Positions 19,349 to 29,745 of a stretch of 64,000 nt of DNA are shown here, one piece after another; within the stretch, counting starts at the first letter, position 1; every line of letters begins with the position of its first letter. The notes below the pieces were generated by a model that ran no database searches, was not told the origin of the DNA, and saw only the letters and a list, made by a program, of their open reading frames with translations. Position numbers and translations under genes: made by a program. This stretch comes from a virus (lineage: Duplodnaviria; Caudoviricetes): the IMG/VR virus record IMGVR_UViG_3300018405_000011. The stretch is one strand, 5' to 3'.

Positions 19349-22222
19349 ATGATTGATTTATCAACGGCCTTAATTCGAGACGCACTGACAAATGCCTGGG
19401 CAAACCCTGCCCAGGATAGACAGGTCCTAATTAAGCCAAAACAAGTAACCTCTGCACGAGGAACCATAGGGGCTTACCGTACGCCTTACAGTAGCTATCC
19501 GGTTCCCGATACCACCCATCGATGGATGCTTTATGAGTATGGGCAACTGCCGCCTCGATTTATTGGGTTAGACTTAGATAACTCAGTGTGGCGTTCTCTT
19601 AAAGAAGTCATGTCCCAGGAGGACGTGATCGCATTTCCAATGATACGTCATCGTATGCTTATGACGTCTACGGTAAAGGTAATTCGTCTTAATAACAATA
19701 ACCTTTTGTTTGCCGTAGAGATGGCATCCAATGCAGCGTTAATGAAAACAGATACTGACCTCTATGTTCGTTTTTACAGTAATGCGTTCTTTAGTACTGT
19801 AGAAGGCAGTGCCTATGGCGGTATTGAAACAGACGGCATTTTTGCGACAGATGGGACTGAAGCCGCGGCTCTACTGTCAGTATACAATACTTCTGGATAT
19901 GCAAACAGCGGTACGACATGGTGGTTTAAAAACGGTTATCTTACAGATAAGCCGACAGTTAACGACATTGCTATTGGCGATAACCTCCAGTACATATGGG
20001 ACTCATCGGGTATTCAGTACTACGATGTCCAGTTGAAGAACCTAACTTCCTTTACTAGCATTAAAGATCAAGTCTCTAAACTGTTGTTGGTAACGCCCGG
20101 TTACGTAGATACTGACTTAGTGTTCTATGACGATATCGAAATCTTCTTATACTCCGTTGATTTAAATGGTAAGAAGAAAGGTTGCTACTATGATCGTCAA
20201 CGCGTATCGGATTTAAGTCAAGTCACTTATCGTGACTGGAGTTTAGATGGTACACGCCTATCCGAAGTCATCTTAGAGCAAAATGGAGAGATTAACTACT
20301 CCTCGGCTTTTGTTCGAGTATACCTGCGTAAAACGGTAGCGATTACAACCGATATCGGTGACGGGTCTTACCTCGGTGACTTTTATAATATTGATGCGGC
20401 TGACCGCTATCGCATTCTTACCGGAAGCTACGGTAGCTTAACACGCTGGAAAGCGGCTGAGCTGGAAAACTCTCCGTTCATGAAATGGCTAGGAAGTGTA
20501 GGTACGGCATTAACGGAAGAGGACGTGCATCAGGTCTATAATTACTACGGGCTTCAACGTGCTGTACAGTTACCGGTTAAAAATGCAGGGGCATGGATTT
20601 TACCAGAAATGGCAAAGCAAGGCTGCCTTGTGGTTAATCTAGATTCCAATGGCGAATACCTAAGCCAGCAAGTCTATACTGAGGCAAGTTTTGGTATCGG
20701 GGTCCATACCCCAGTAGGGGATGTTGCAGATATCCTTGTCTACTGTGGTAACCTAATCACGACTCCAGTAGCAATGGACTTACCCGTGGTGTTAGGAAAT
20801 GATATTCCAGGTATCTTTGATGAAGAGCGGTTTTATTATGTCGGTGCGACACAGCAATGGGTAATTGCCACACAAGGGGCAGATTACACGTATACCGCCT
20901 CTACAGGGGCGATAGAGTGGTCATCGACTCATAACAGTACTTCTAAACTAAAACGCAGTGCTGGGCATTACACGCATCGTGAGCTTACCATTCCCTACAG
21001 TTCACTCTGTACACCAATCGATATCTTTGCGAATGGCACCCTTCCATCATCTAAACATGACTTTGGTCGAGTAGATGTATGGATAGATAACCAACGTGCT
21101 GTACCGGGATTGGATTATTTCGTGGATGGCTTTAAGTTGTACCTAACCACGAAAGAGTACATCGATTTAGAAACCGATGTAGACTCTAATCCACAACTTG
21201 CCCACGTTCGTTTTATTGCCCATGGTTTACCTAAGGATAGCGAAGCAGGTCAATATGGCTTTGTCGTGGAAGGAATGGTGAATCACGATAACGATATTGA
21301 TTTGGTTAAGAACCGCAATCAGACGTTGTTTATTAATGGCCGTAAGACGGATGTAAGTCAAGTATGGCTTGCTGAGGACTATCGTGGGGAATACGCGGTT
21401 AGATTTTCTACCGGGACTCTAGTGTCGTGGAGGGAAGGGACTGAGTATGTAGAGTACACACCTGTCGTCTATGACCGTGTTCTGTATGTTGCGCCATTAG
21501 GTGGCGTTGGCGCAACCCAGGTCTTTGATGAGACATTGTGGTTACGTGTATGGGAACTTAGTCATTTTACCTATGATGATAATGGGGTTACCCGCCACGT
21601 GAAGATTCACGCCGGTAAAGATACTGTACTAGTACGAAGTGTTGCCGTAGATGGCATTGAGGAAGAACCCGATACGTTTATTCCGCTGGCTTTGGGGGCT
21701 GACTATCAGCTTACCCCAGGATTGCCACTATCTGCTCCTCCAGCAAATGCCAGTACTTATCAGTTCACCAGTACTGCCAATGTCATTTCTCGTTTTGTCG
21801 CGCAGACCCTCGCTGAAAATGAAGCAGATAGTCGGACTATGACATCGACCATCTCTGCTTACCTAGAGGCACTCAGTCCGTCATATGAACTTAAAGGACC
21901 GATTAATATCCCTAGGCAGCACAGAGTCGTCAGTCCATTTATATCAGCGCTTACTAAGGCTATTCAAGCCGGGGAAATCAACCTGACCAGCGCTGACTTA
22001 AGTGAAGCGGCGGTCGATTTTCTTACTCGGGACTATCAGTATCTCTTTCATTATGACCCAGTCTATGACGATACGCAAAACCATGACTTTATTACTGGTT
22101 ATGGGCACTGTGAACTAGAAGCCATTGCGCTGCCAGCAAGGGCAGTCAACTTCCTAGCAAAATGCAGTGAGTATTTCTTTGACGGGCGTATACAAATTAA
22201 CCGCGACTTTACCATCGCGTAA
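19349..22222 (+). CDS. Large baseplate/structural protein (phiKZ gp27-like)
   Basis: 957 aa; WANPAQDRQ N-terminus and SQVTYRDWSL motif; synteny. Confidence 0.62.
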   Translation: MIDLSTALIRDALTNAWANPAQDRQVLIKPKQVTSARGTIGAYRTPYSSYPVPDTTHRWMLYEYGQLPPRFIGLDLDNSVWRSLKEVMSQEDVIAFPMIRHRMLMTSTVKVIRLNNNNLLFAVEMASNAALMKTDTDLYVRFYSNAFFSTVEGSAYGGIETDGIFATDGTEAAALLSVYNTSGYANSGTTWWFKNGYLTDKPTVNDIAIGDNLQYIWDSSGIQYYDVQLKNLTSFTSIKDQVSKLLLVTPGYVDTDLVFYDDIEIFLYSVDLNGKKKGCYYDRQRVSDLSQVTYRDWSLDGTRLSEVILEQNGEINYSSAFVRVYLRKTVAITTDIGDGSYLGDFYNIDAADRYRILTGSYGSLTRWKAAELENSPFMKWLGSVGTALTEEDVHQVYNYYGLQRAVQLPVKNAGAWILPEMAKQGCLVVNLDSNGEYLSQQVYTEASFGIGVHTPVGDVADILVYCGNLITTPVAMDLPVVLGNDIPGIFDEERFYYVGATQQWVIATQGADYTYTASTGAIEWSSTHNSTSKLKRSAGHYTHRELTIPYSSLCTPIDIFANGTLPSSKHDFGRVDVWIDNQRAVPGLDYFVDGFKLYLTTKEYIDLETDVDSNPQLAHVRFIAHGLPKDSEAGQYGFVVEGMVNHDNDIDLVKNRNQTLFINGRKTDVSQVWLAEDYRGEYAVRFSTGTLVSWREGTEYVEYTPVVYDRVLYVAPLGGVGATQVFDETLWLRVWELSHFTYDDNGVTRHVKIHAGKDTVLVRSVAVDGIEEEPDTFIPLALGADYQLTPGLPLSAPPANASTYQFTSTANVISRFVAQTLAENEADSRTMTSTISAYLEALSPSYELKGPINIPRQHRVVSPFISALTKAIQAGEINLTSADLSEAAVDFLTRDYQYLFHYDPVYDDTQNHDFITGYGHCELEAIALPARAVNFLAKCSEYFFDGRIQINRDFTIA

Positions 22223-22237
22223 TGGGGATGAAAACCA

Positions 22238-23896
22238 ATGGCTTCAAGTCTATATATCCATACACCGGACACGAACCGTTTTAATATTTGGCATATTAGC
22301 GATTTGTACTTCGGTGAGCCGCCTTCTAAAGAAGTGTGGCGCCCTAATGTTAACGACATGGTAATTGACTGGGATGTCGGCATCTATCGTGTGCTATCGG
22401 TAAACGAGGAATCCATTCCAGTATTGCAGCTTATCAGTCGTTTCAGTCAGGACAGCCGCTTTAACACAGAGTCTACTTCTCTTATTACAGCACTGTCAGA
22501 TTACCAGCCTTCGGCGGCTACTAAAATCTTTATCGATACTAGCGTTAGTCCAGCTATCCTTAGTGTTGACGGTCGGTTTGTCTGTTATGGGAGTGAGCCT
22601 ACGCGCTGCGTATTCTTCCGTGGCACAGACACCTCTATCAATGGAGAGGTCATTTCTGAAGTCTACAATGGTTCAGGCGATCTTATCGGTGACCAAGTCC
22701 CTCTAGAGCTTATTAATGCAGAGGGCACCATTAAGCGACCAGTACAGTTTAAAACCACTAAGGCGATTGAAGCTGGTGAGGTGGTTACTGCAGTATTTTA
22801 TACCGACTCTAATGGCGTCTATAGCAAACAGCCATTTTTGGTATCGAGTTCTGCAGGTTTTAGACCTGGCGATATTTCTGAGAAATACATCGACAGTATC
22901 TCCCTACGAGGAGACGCCCTGTCTGATACTCAGGAAGACCTCATTGAAAACACCGTGGGTACGCCACTGAACGTGGCCCTTCTAAAAGGGGTACTGCACT
23001 ATAATGACGGCAGTGAAACCGAAGTAGGAATTGACGGAGTGAAAATGGTCCTACGTGGACTGAACAACTTCGATACGTCTTACGTAGGTACACCGACCAG
23101 CGTAGTGCTGCAGTACTACCCTAGTCTAAATGAGAAGTTTATCAATGGGAGCATTAACGGGTCACCGTCAATCTCTCATGTCTATAAACTGGCGAATATC
23201 GCACGTGACAGTTCATTCAGTCTGAAAATCTTCATTGTTCCAGTATGGGATGCGGGTACCACTAGTTATAGCTATCGCTATTTCTTAGTAAACCTAGAAG
23301 GGGATTTGTTTACAGAAGTTACGGCTGACGTAGACGCGATGTTGGAAGGTGGTGGGTTATTATCTGGTACAGACTTTACGACGCGTCAAGACGCGGTGTT
23401 TAGTCTAGACATGAGTACGATTTCACCGACTATCTATGGCACGTATGTACATACCCAGAAGACGGATATTACGATTGACCAACCAGGGGCTATCTCTGGA
23501 CAAACCTGGTTAATTGACTACATCGGAGATCAAACTAACATGTTTGGTCAAGACCTGAAGGCGTCATGTAATGCTATCGGTGACACCATTAACATTGCTA
23601 ATGGCATTGGTATTCTAGAGAACTGGTTAACGGAACTCTACTATGCCATCGAACCACTGTACGATAACACGGTACTGACTCAAGCACCAACACCAACGCA
23701 CTTCTCACTCATCTACGATGACGTCGAGACAGACAAGGTGGTGCTCACTGACTACAGCTCTAATATTCCACTCTCGGTAGGTATGGGTAACTTTACCAAC
23801 CAAGACACCGTCATGGTACGCTGGATTTTAGAAACTGTAGATGGGGATAAAACCCTAGGTATCACACCGTTGTTTATTAAGAACGACCTAGCCTAA
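22238..23896 (+). CDS. Baseplate/structural protein (phiKZ gp26-like)
   Basis: 552 aa; RFNIWHISDLY...PNVNDMVID N-terminus; upstream of terminase. Confidence 0.62.
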   Translation: MASSLYIHTPDTNRFNIWHISDLYFGEPPSKEVWRPNVNDMVIDWDVGIYRVLSVNEESIPVLQLISRFSQDSRFNTESTSLITALSDYQPSAATKIFIDTSVSPAILSVDGRFVCYGSEPTRCVFFRGTDTSINGEVISEVYNGSGDLIGDQVPLELINAEGTIKRPVQFKTTKAIEAGEVVTAVFYTDSNGVYSKQPFLVSSSAGFRPGDISEKYIDSISLRGDALSDTQEDLIENTVGTPLNVALLKGVLHYNDGSETEVGIDGVKMVLRGLNNFDTSYVGTPTSVVLQYYPSLNEKFINGSINGSPSISHVYKLANIARDSSFSLKIFIVPVWDAGTTSYSYRYFLVNLEGDLFTEVTADVDAMLEGGGLLSGTDFTTRQDAVFSLDMSTISPTIYGTYVHTQKTDITIDQPGAISGQTWLIDYIGDQTNMFGQDLKASCNAIGDTINIANGIGILENWLTELYYAIEPLYDNTVLTQAPTPTHFSLIYDDVETDKVVLTDYSSNIPLSVGMGNFTNQDTVMVRWILETVDGDKTLGITPLFIKNDLA

Positions 23897-23906
23897 ATAA
23901 AATCCT

Positions 23907-23940
23907 ATAGAGGGGTGCCTTCGGGTACCCCCTATATTTT
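23907..23940 (+). terminator. Intrinsic terminator
   Basis: GGGGTGCC-TTCG-GGTACCCC hairpin followed by a T-run. Confidence 0.65.
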
Positions 23941-23961
23941 TATATCTTAGGAGTGTAAGAG

Positions 23962-26100
23962 ATGATTCTACATGCCGGAGACTGGGGATATTATCCTAAC
24001 GCCATAGCGGATACCACAACTAAGAACGCTAGCTTTCTCCATTATGCGAAAACCCTAACCGCCTTAGGGGTAGAAAACCACGCATGGCCATTGGCTCTGC
24101 ATAACCCTGAAATCCAGGGCATAGACCCCTTCAACAGTAAACTCACTGTAGAAGAAGTCGCTGCTATCTCGTATGAATCTAAATTTAACTATTGGTATTT
24201 CTTACGGGAAGTCTCTAGGGTTCCACAAACCGGTACCACCATCCCTTCTTGCTATTTAGCAAACCGAGCTAATATGGCACTGAACTGGTGTTTCTTAAAT
24301 AACATTGACTTCGCTAACATTATGCCCCGTCAGTGTGGTAAGTCGGTCGGAGCTGACGTATTAAACAACTGGTTAATGCATGTTAGTGGCGTTAACTTAA
24401 ACATACAGCTCATTACGCGCGGTGATGACCTGCGTGTTAAAAACATTAAGCGGCTAAAAGCCATCCGGGATTTACTCCCTCCTTATCTAAACTTTTACCG
24501 TCCAGGCAAGGACGCTAATAACACCGAGCGCTTAACCTGTATGGCGCTTGAGAATGAATATGTGACTGCTGTTGCACAAAAAGATAAAGCAGCAGCAGAT
24601 AACCTAGGGCGTGGATTGACATCGTCCATTATTCAGGCGGATGAACCACCATACTGTGCAAACATACATATATCTTTGCCTGTAGCGCTGGCAGGTGCCG
24701 GTACGGCTCGTGATTTGGCTGAAGCGAACGGTACGTTCTATGGTAACATCTATACAACAACGGCTGGTAAAAAGGATACGCCGGAAGGGAAGTACATGTA
24801 CGACCTTATCCACTCCGGTATGTACTGGACTGAAAAGCTATTAGATGCCGGTAGCCGTGAACAAGCCTGGGACATGATTGCACTGCACAGTAAACGTCGG
24901 TTGGTAAACGGTACGTTCTCACATCGCCAGATAGGTAAAGACGATGAATGGTTACGCAAGAAGATTATCGACTCTACAGGGGATAAAGATGCGGCGGAGC
25001 GCGACTATCTGAACCAATGGACATCCGGTAGTGAGAGCTCACCTTTATCAGTAGCGCTTAACAGAGCCGTAGCGCAGTCTAAGAAAGAAGCTACCTATAC
25101 GCAACGCTTTAAACAGAACTACCTCTTAGATTGGTTTATAGGGCGTGCCGACATGCAGTCTAGGCTCATGAACAATGAAATCATTCTAAACATCGACCCG
25201 TCTCAGCTTGTAGGGGAAGACGGTAACGGAGTGGTGATAGAAGACCTGCGTAATATGGAAGTAATTGCCGGTACAGATATTACGACTTCTAATATCTTCA
25301 GTTTTGCCAGTTGGGTGACTGACATGTTGGTGATGTTTAAGAAAATGACCTTAGTCATTGAGAATGCGGCATCCGGACAAGCCATACTTGACATCGTGGC
25401 ACACCAACTCATGCAGTTAGGTATTAACCCATTCAGACGTATCTTTAACCGCGTTATCGATAACCCTATCTCCATGAAGGCAGCCTATCTTGACGTCGTT
25501 GAAAACAGTGACAAGTGTGAACCTGAGCTTTATGAGAAATACAAAAAGTATTTTGGGTTTAATACGAATGGGGCGACTCGCCCACTACTGTACGGAATGG
25601 TACTTCAGAAAGCGGCTAAATCCACTGCTCATTTATGTAACCATCCTGCTCTAGTAGAACAGATACTGAGTTTGGTGAAAAAGAATGGGCGTGTAGACCA
25701 CCCATCAGGCGGTCACGATGATATGGTTATCGCGTGGTTGCTTGGACACTGGTTCAGTACTTATGCTCAAAACTTAGCCTGGTACGGAATCCGCCCAGGG
25801 GTCGTGCAGTCACTGGTGAGTGAGTTAGGCGCCGAACTGAGTGACGAAGAGATACGTGACCGTATCTTTAGGGAAGGATTGATTAAGCGCATTAACGGCT
25901 TAAAAGAGAAACTGGAGACTTGTAATGACATTGTACTGACACAGTCATACTCAATGCAGATTAAGTTGCTGGTGGCTCAACTTGACGATACTGACTTTGA
26001 AGCTAAGGTTATGGCAGACATCCGGGCTATTAGTGAAGAGAAAGGTAAGGAGAAACGTTCGTTAAGTCAAATCCTTAAAGAAGAAAATAAGTATTACTAA
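23962..26100 (+). CDS. terL: Terminase large subunit (phiKZ gp25-like)
   Basis: Walker A PRQCGKS, Walker B IIQADE, nuclease motifs NIDPS and GGHDDMVIAW. Confidence 0.92.
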   Translation: MILHAGDWGYYPNAIADTTTKNASFLHYAKTLTALGVENHAWPLALHNPEIQGIDPFNSKLTVEEVAAISYESKFNYWYFLREVSRVPQTGTTIPSCYLANRANMALNWCFLNNIDFANIMPRQCGKSVGADVLNNWLMHVSGVNLNIQLITRGDDLRVKNIKRLKAIRDLLPPYLNFYRPGKDANNTERLTCMALENEYVTAVAQKDKAAADNLGRGLTSSIIQADEPPYCANIHISLPVALAGAGTARDLAEANGTFYGNIYTTTAGKKDTPEGKYMYDLIHSGMYWTEKLLDAGSREQAWDMIALHSKRRLVNGTFSHRQIGKDDEWLRKKIIDSTGDKDAAERDYLNQWTSGSESSPLSVALNRAVAQSKKEATYTQRFKQNYLLDWFIGRADMQSRLMNNEIILNIDPSQLVGEDGNGVVIEDLRNMEVIAGTDITTSNIFSFASWVTDMLVMFKKMTLVIENAASGQAILDIVAHQLMQLGINPFRRIFNRVIDNPISMKAAYLDVVENSDKCEPELYEKYKKYFGFNTNGATRPLLYGMVLQKAAKSTAHLCNHPALVEQILSLVKKNGRVDHPSGGHDDMVIAWLLGHWFSTYAQNLAWYGIRPGVVQSLVSELGAELSDEEIRDRIFREGLIKRINGLKEKLETCNDIVLTQSYSMQIKLLVAQLDDTDFEAKVMADIRAISEEKGKEKRSLSQILKEENKYY

Positions 26101-26107
26101 AACGACA

Positions 26108-26141
26108 TTACTCTCCTTCCCCGTTAAAGGAAGGAGAGTAA
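26108..26141. terminator. Bidirectional terminator
   Basis: TTACTCTCCTTCC / GGAAGGAGAGTAA inverted repeat between converging genes. Confidence 0.65.
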
Positions 26142-26154
26142 TTGTCTATTCTGG

Positions 26155-27381
26155 TTAAGTTGAAGAACTGCCGCCGGATTTAAGGGTAAAGATACGCAGG
26201 ATGAGATAGATGTAAAGGGCAACGCCTGTGGCGACCCGCATAGCTGGTCTAGCTCTAGGTACCGCTTCTTCTACGAGTTCAACACATAGGCGCTTAATCG
26301 TAATCAAATCTTTGCGTTTGGTACGTGAAGAACGATAGTAGTCTCGGCATTTACTAATCATAGCAGGGACATCCGTAAGCGATATACCGTCACCACGAGA
26401 GACATCAAACAACATGATAACTAGTTCTTCGGATAGCTCATCGAGTTGAGGACGTAAGACACGGCTGTTTTCTGACATGTAAGATAAGGTATCTCTAAGG
26501 TAACGAATGTCAGCAGTTGTGACCACTGTCATTGTGTCTTCTAGTAACGACTCCTTAATGAGTTCGGCTTTAGTCTTGTAGCGTCCCTTTAAGTCCTCAA
26601 TGAGTTCTCTTTGGAAGCTACGGACGTTACCGACGACCTTAACACCTTCATGTTCACCTATGCGGCTAAAACTACCAATGCGTGCTTCTTGGTCTTTAAT
26701 GCGATGGAAGGATTCCGTTAAAGCGTTTAAGACGTCGGTTAAACGGTCCTGTAGGTCATTTGCCCACTTAGCCACATCATAGGTGCCTTGGAATGTTTGA
26801 AGCTGCTGACGCCATAGGAACTTATCTGAAACGACTTGTTCACCACGCATCTTAAGTAGTTCAAACCAGCTCCCTGCTTTCTTTAAATCCGACCGATAGT
26901 CCAATGACTCATAGTGAGCCATGGCAATGGATTCATTGGCTTTAAATCGAAAACGGTTACGCATGCCTGATGTTAAGTGTTTCATGTGGGCGCCGATAAT
27001 GGTGTATACAATACCAATCTCTTTTTCGTCTTGAGAAAGACGGCTGGTAGCAATACGGTGAGCCACATATAGAAACGAAAGGTTCATGAGACTAGAAGCC
27101 ACGCGCCAGCGAGATTCAATCCCGTCTAGCTCGTAGATGTCATTCTGGCAATCTTCAATATCGATAATACCACAGATTTCTTCTAGCCAATAGCGACCGT
27201 CGACTTCGTCCATCCATACCGCACGGTAAACCCCTAAGAGGTGCCCACCGAAAAAATTGGTGTGTTCTTCATTTTTGTTTGCGAACTTCTGGACGAACTG
27301 AAGTACGCGATTGATAAATTGCTTATCGACCTCAATGTTGGTATAGGTATCCATTAGGTCTTTGAGTGATGGAAATGCCAT
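26155..27381 (-). CDS. Virion structural protein (phiKZ gp32 / SPN3US gp262-like)
   Basis: 408 aa; NKNEEHTNFFGGHLLGVY motif; convergent with terminase. Confidence 0.62.
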   Translation of the reverse strand: MAFPSLKDLMDTYTNIEVDKQFINRVLQFVQKFANKNEEHTNFFGGHLLGVYRAVWMDEVDGRYWLEEICGIIDIEDCQNDIYELDGIESRWRVASSLMNLSFLYVAHRIATSRLSQDEKEIGIVYTIIGAHMKHLTSGMRNRFRFKANESIAMAHYESLDYRSDLKKAGSWFELLKMRGEQVVSDKFLWRQQLQTFQGTYDVAKWANDLQDRLTDVLNALTESFHRIKDQEARIGSFSRIGEHEGVKVVGNVRSFQRELIEDLKGRYKTKAELIKESLLEDTMTVVTTADIRYLRDTLSYMSENSRVLRPQLDELSEELVIMLFDVSRGDGISLTDVPAMISKCRDYYRSSRTKRKDLITIKRLCVELVEEAVPRARPAMRVATGVALYIYLILRIFTLKSGGSSST

Positions 27382-27449
27382 AAAGTTATCCTATCAGTGA
27401 GGATGAATAAAAAGAGTATCTAGAGGATTCGTTTTCGGCACGGGTTAAA

Positions 27450-27460
27450 ACCCATATTAC
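27450..27460 (+). promoter_or_regulatory. Phage early-type promoter motif
   Basis: AAAACCCATATTAC upstream of the 27545 operon. Confidence 0.55.
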
Positions 27461-27544
27461 CTTAACGCATAAACACTACCTGTTAACTATAGGGAATACT
27501 TATAACCATGTTCAACATTTTAACTTTACTGTGCGAGGCACATT

Positions 27545-28312
27545 ATGAATGCAAAGAAAGAGCAAGAAGCTCGAGTTGCCGCCATGCGGCTAGTACTCGA
27601 CCACTACAGGCGAGATACCGTCAGTCCCATTTTTATTACGCCGGAGATACTTAGGGAATACCACTACCAGCTAAAGGATGTTGACCGTGTAGTTGTGTTT
27701 ATTGGGTTTGACATTAACAGCCCATTAATGATACCGACAGGAACGCACTTTAAACAAGATGTATGGGTGGTAGAGTCCATCTATCGCTCCGCAATTGACG
27801 TAACTATCGAAGGTGACATGTATTTCATGGACACTGAGATTAGATTACGTTATGGAACCGACATCGTAATTAATACCCACCCTCTGGCTGAAGTCAAAGG
27901 TATCCACCGCTTCGATGCAGTGAGTTGGGAGCACTGGAAGTCTGAAAAGATACGGACACGACTTATGGGTAACAAAGCTGTTAGAGTCTTTCATAACGAA
28001 ACCGACGCTAAAGTGTTACAACAGAAGTTCCGCGATGTCTTTTTAGCCCTCCCTACATTTCCACTGAAAGATTTTATTAAACTCCTTCCGTCAGTCAAAC
28101 TTTTGTATAATAAAAATAAGGGGCTACATAAAGTAGTCGGTGATATCATCATAAAAGGACCTTACCGATACACCATACCCGAAAACCTATTATTCACAGG
28201 AGACGTCAGTCATCTAGATTACATCCAGCAAGACTATCCATCAACCACTCGGATAGAAGGCGGTAAAATCGAGATGCTGAGTTACTTCAACTATGCTGAC
28301 AACAACCCTTAA
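27545..28312 (+). CDS. Hypothetical protein
   Basis: 255 aa; GAGG RBS. Confidence 0.65.
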   Translation: MNAKKEQEARVAAMRLVLDHYRRDTVSPIFITPEILREYHYQLKDVDRVVVFIGFDINSPLMIPTGTHFKQDVWVVESIYRSAIDVTIEGDMYFMDTEIRLRYGTDIVINTHPLAEVKGIHRFDAVSWEHWKSEKIRTRLMGNKAVRVFHNETDAKVLQQKFRDVFLALPTFPLKDFIKLLPSVKLLYNKNKGLHKVVGDIIIKGPYRYTIPENLLFTGDVSHLDYIQQDYPSTTRIEGGKIEMLSYFNYADNNP

Positions 28313-28652
28313 TCAAAAGAAACTTATCGTAGTCGGTAATTTCTTCTCCTGTAACGGGGAGATAGGAAACCCACTGCGCGTGGCCTATACGGGAGCGGAT
28401 GTTGCCCCGTGGCTAAAAGAAGCCTTTGATAATAACGTATCTGAAGAAGACTATGGCGCACTCGCCCAACACCCAGACCCTCATGTGAGGTGTCTGGTTG
28501 CTCGTAATCTAGAATGTCTGGATATACTGGCAAATGATGTCGATGCTTCAGTACGTCAAATTGCAAAGGAAGCTTTGCGCTATACTAGAGGACCCATGCG
28601 GGACCCGATTGATATAAAGCGTGAATTTCACCATGAATGGGTGCGGCAGTAA
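28293..28652 (+). CDS. Small protein with HEAT/LRV-like repeats
   Basis: LAQHPDPHVRCLVARN and LANDVDASVRQIAKEAL repeats. Confidence 0.55.
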   Translation: MLTTTLNQKKLIVVGNFFSCNGEIGNPLRVAYTGADVAPWLKEAFDNNVSEEDYGALAQHPDPHVRCLVARNLECLDILANDVDASVRQIAKEALRYTRGPMRDPIDIKREFHHEWVRQ

Positions 28653-28739
28653 TCCCATAGACTCAGGACAATAAATTAAACCTTTAATTTATGCCCTCTT
28701 CGTATTTTAAACCCACTAATCCGTAAACAGGAGTTTTAC

Positions 28740-29690
28740 ATGAGTAATTGGCAAGGCGGTGGCGGTAACTGGGGCGGTAAACGCGCTCCTAAGCCACGTC
28801 CACAACACGGTCCAGAGCACGAACTAGAGCCACGCATTGAAGCTATCTTACGCAAAGACCGTAATGTCCCTAAGAACTATCACAGTCCAGGTGAATCTCC
28901 ATCGCGTGAAACCATACTGTTAGAAGGTGACCCAGAACGTCAAAGTATTGAAGTACCAAAAGCGGCAATGTTGTTTAAGCAAGCAGGCTACCCACTGAAC
29001 CACGACCAGTATCCACCGATTAAGAAGTTTAATTCTGAATACCCAGATTCAAACTACTACTTCGTACACAGCGGTCCTGTATTCTGGAAGAAAGACGAAA
29101 ACTTCCGTCATATCCCGACATACTCACGTTATGTCATCGACCGCTTCGGTCGTGTACTCAATGCCTGCACTGGTGTTGCTGTACAACCTGAAAACGATCG
29201 TATGTATAAACTGGTGGCTGATGGTCCTGCCTTTAGCAATAACCCATACTGGGCAGCTAAAGACACACTGCTGATGTTAGCATTCAGTACCTTACCTGAA
29301 AACTTCATTGACTATGGCGGTGGTACATACAGCCATGAGCTTAAAGTTGATGCAGAGAAAGGTGAGTACACATGGGTTGCTCGTCCAGCAGTGAAAGTCC
29401 GCAATGGCGAAACTGGTCAAACGAAGTTATATCGTAATTTCCCTGAGTTTATTGAATGTGCGGTAAAAGACTTCCAGCAAGCCGGTGATTTACGACGTCA
29501 AATCCGTACACCGATTGATGGCGTTCTGACCGTAGGTCCGTTCCAAATCAAGCTAGCAGAAGAAACGGCGATGCCTGAACTTCCAGTGGCTAGCGAAAGC
29601 AGTTCTACTGCGGCAGTCAGTGAGCCTGCTCCAGCAGCAGCCACACAAGAAGAAACCGTCGATATTGATTTCGATGATTTAGAATTCTAA
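28740..29690 (+). CDS. NUMOD4/NUMOD1-like protein lacking an HNH active site, with Gly/basic N-tail and acidic C-tail
   Basis: FRHIPTYSRYVIDRFGRVLN (NUMOD4-like) and VKVRNGETG (NUMOD1-like); no H-N-H signature; ends VDIDFDDLEF. Confidence 0.5.
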   Translation: MSNWQGGGGNWGGKRAPKPRPQHGPEHELEPRIEAILRKDRNVPKNYHSPGESPSRETILLEGDPERQSIEVPKAAMLFKQAGYPLNHDQYPPIKKFNSEYPDSNYYFVHSGPVFWKKDENFRHIPTYSRYVIDRFGRVLNACTGVAVQPENDRMYKLVADGPAFSNNPYWAAKDTLLMLAFSTLPENFIDYGGGTYSHELKVDAEKGEYTWVARPAVKVRNGETGQTKLYRNFPEFIECAVKDFQQAGDLRRQIRTPIDGVLTVGPFQIKLAEETAMPELPVASESSSTAAVSEPAPAAATQEETVDIDFDDLEF

Positions 29691-29745
29691 CATGAACTAG
29701 TGTACTGTCTGATTTCGGTCAGACAGTACACTAATAGGAGCTTTT

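Noticed and set aside
21400-21780. Possible inserted domain in the gp27-like baseplate protein
   Set aside because: The length excess over recalled homologs cannot be verified without an alignment.
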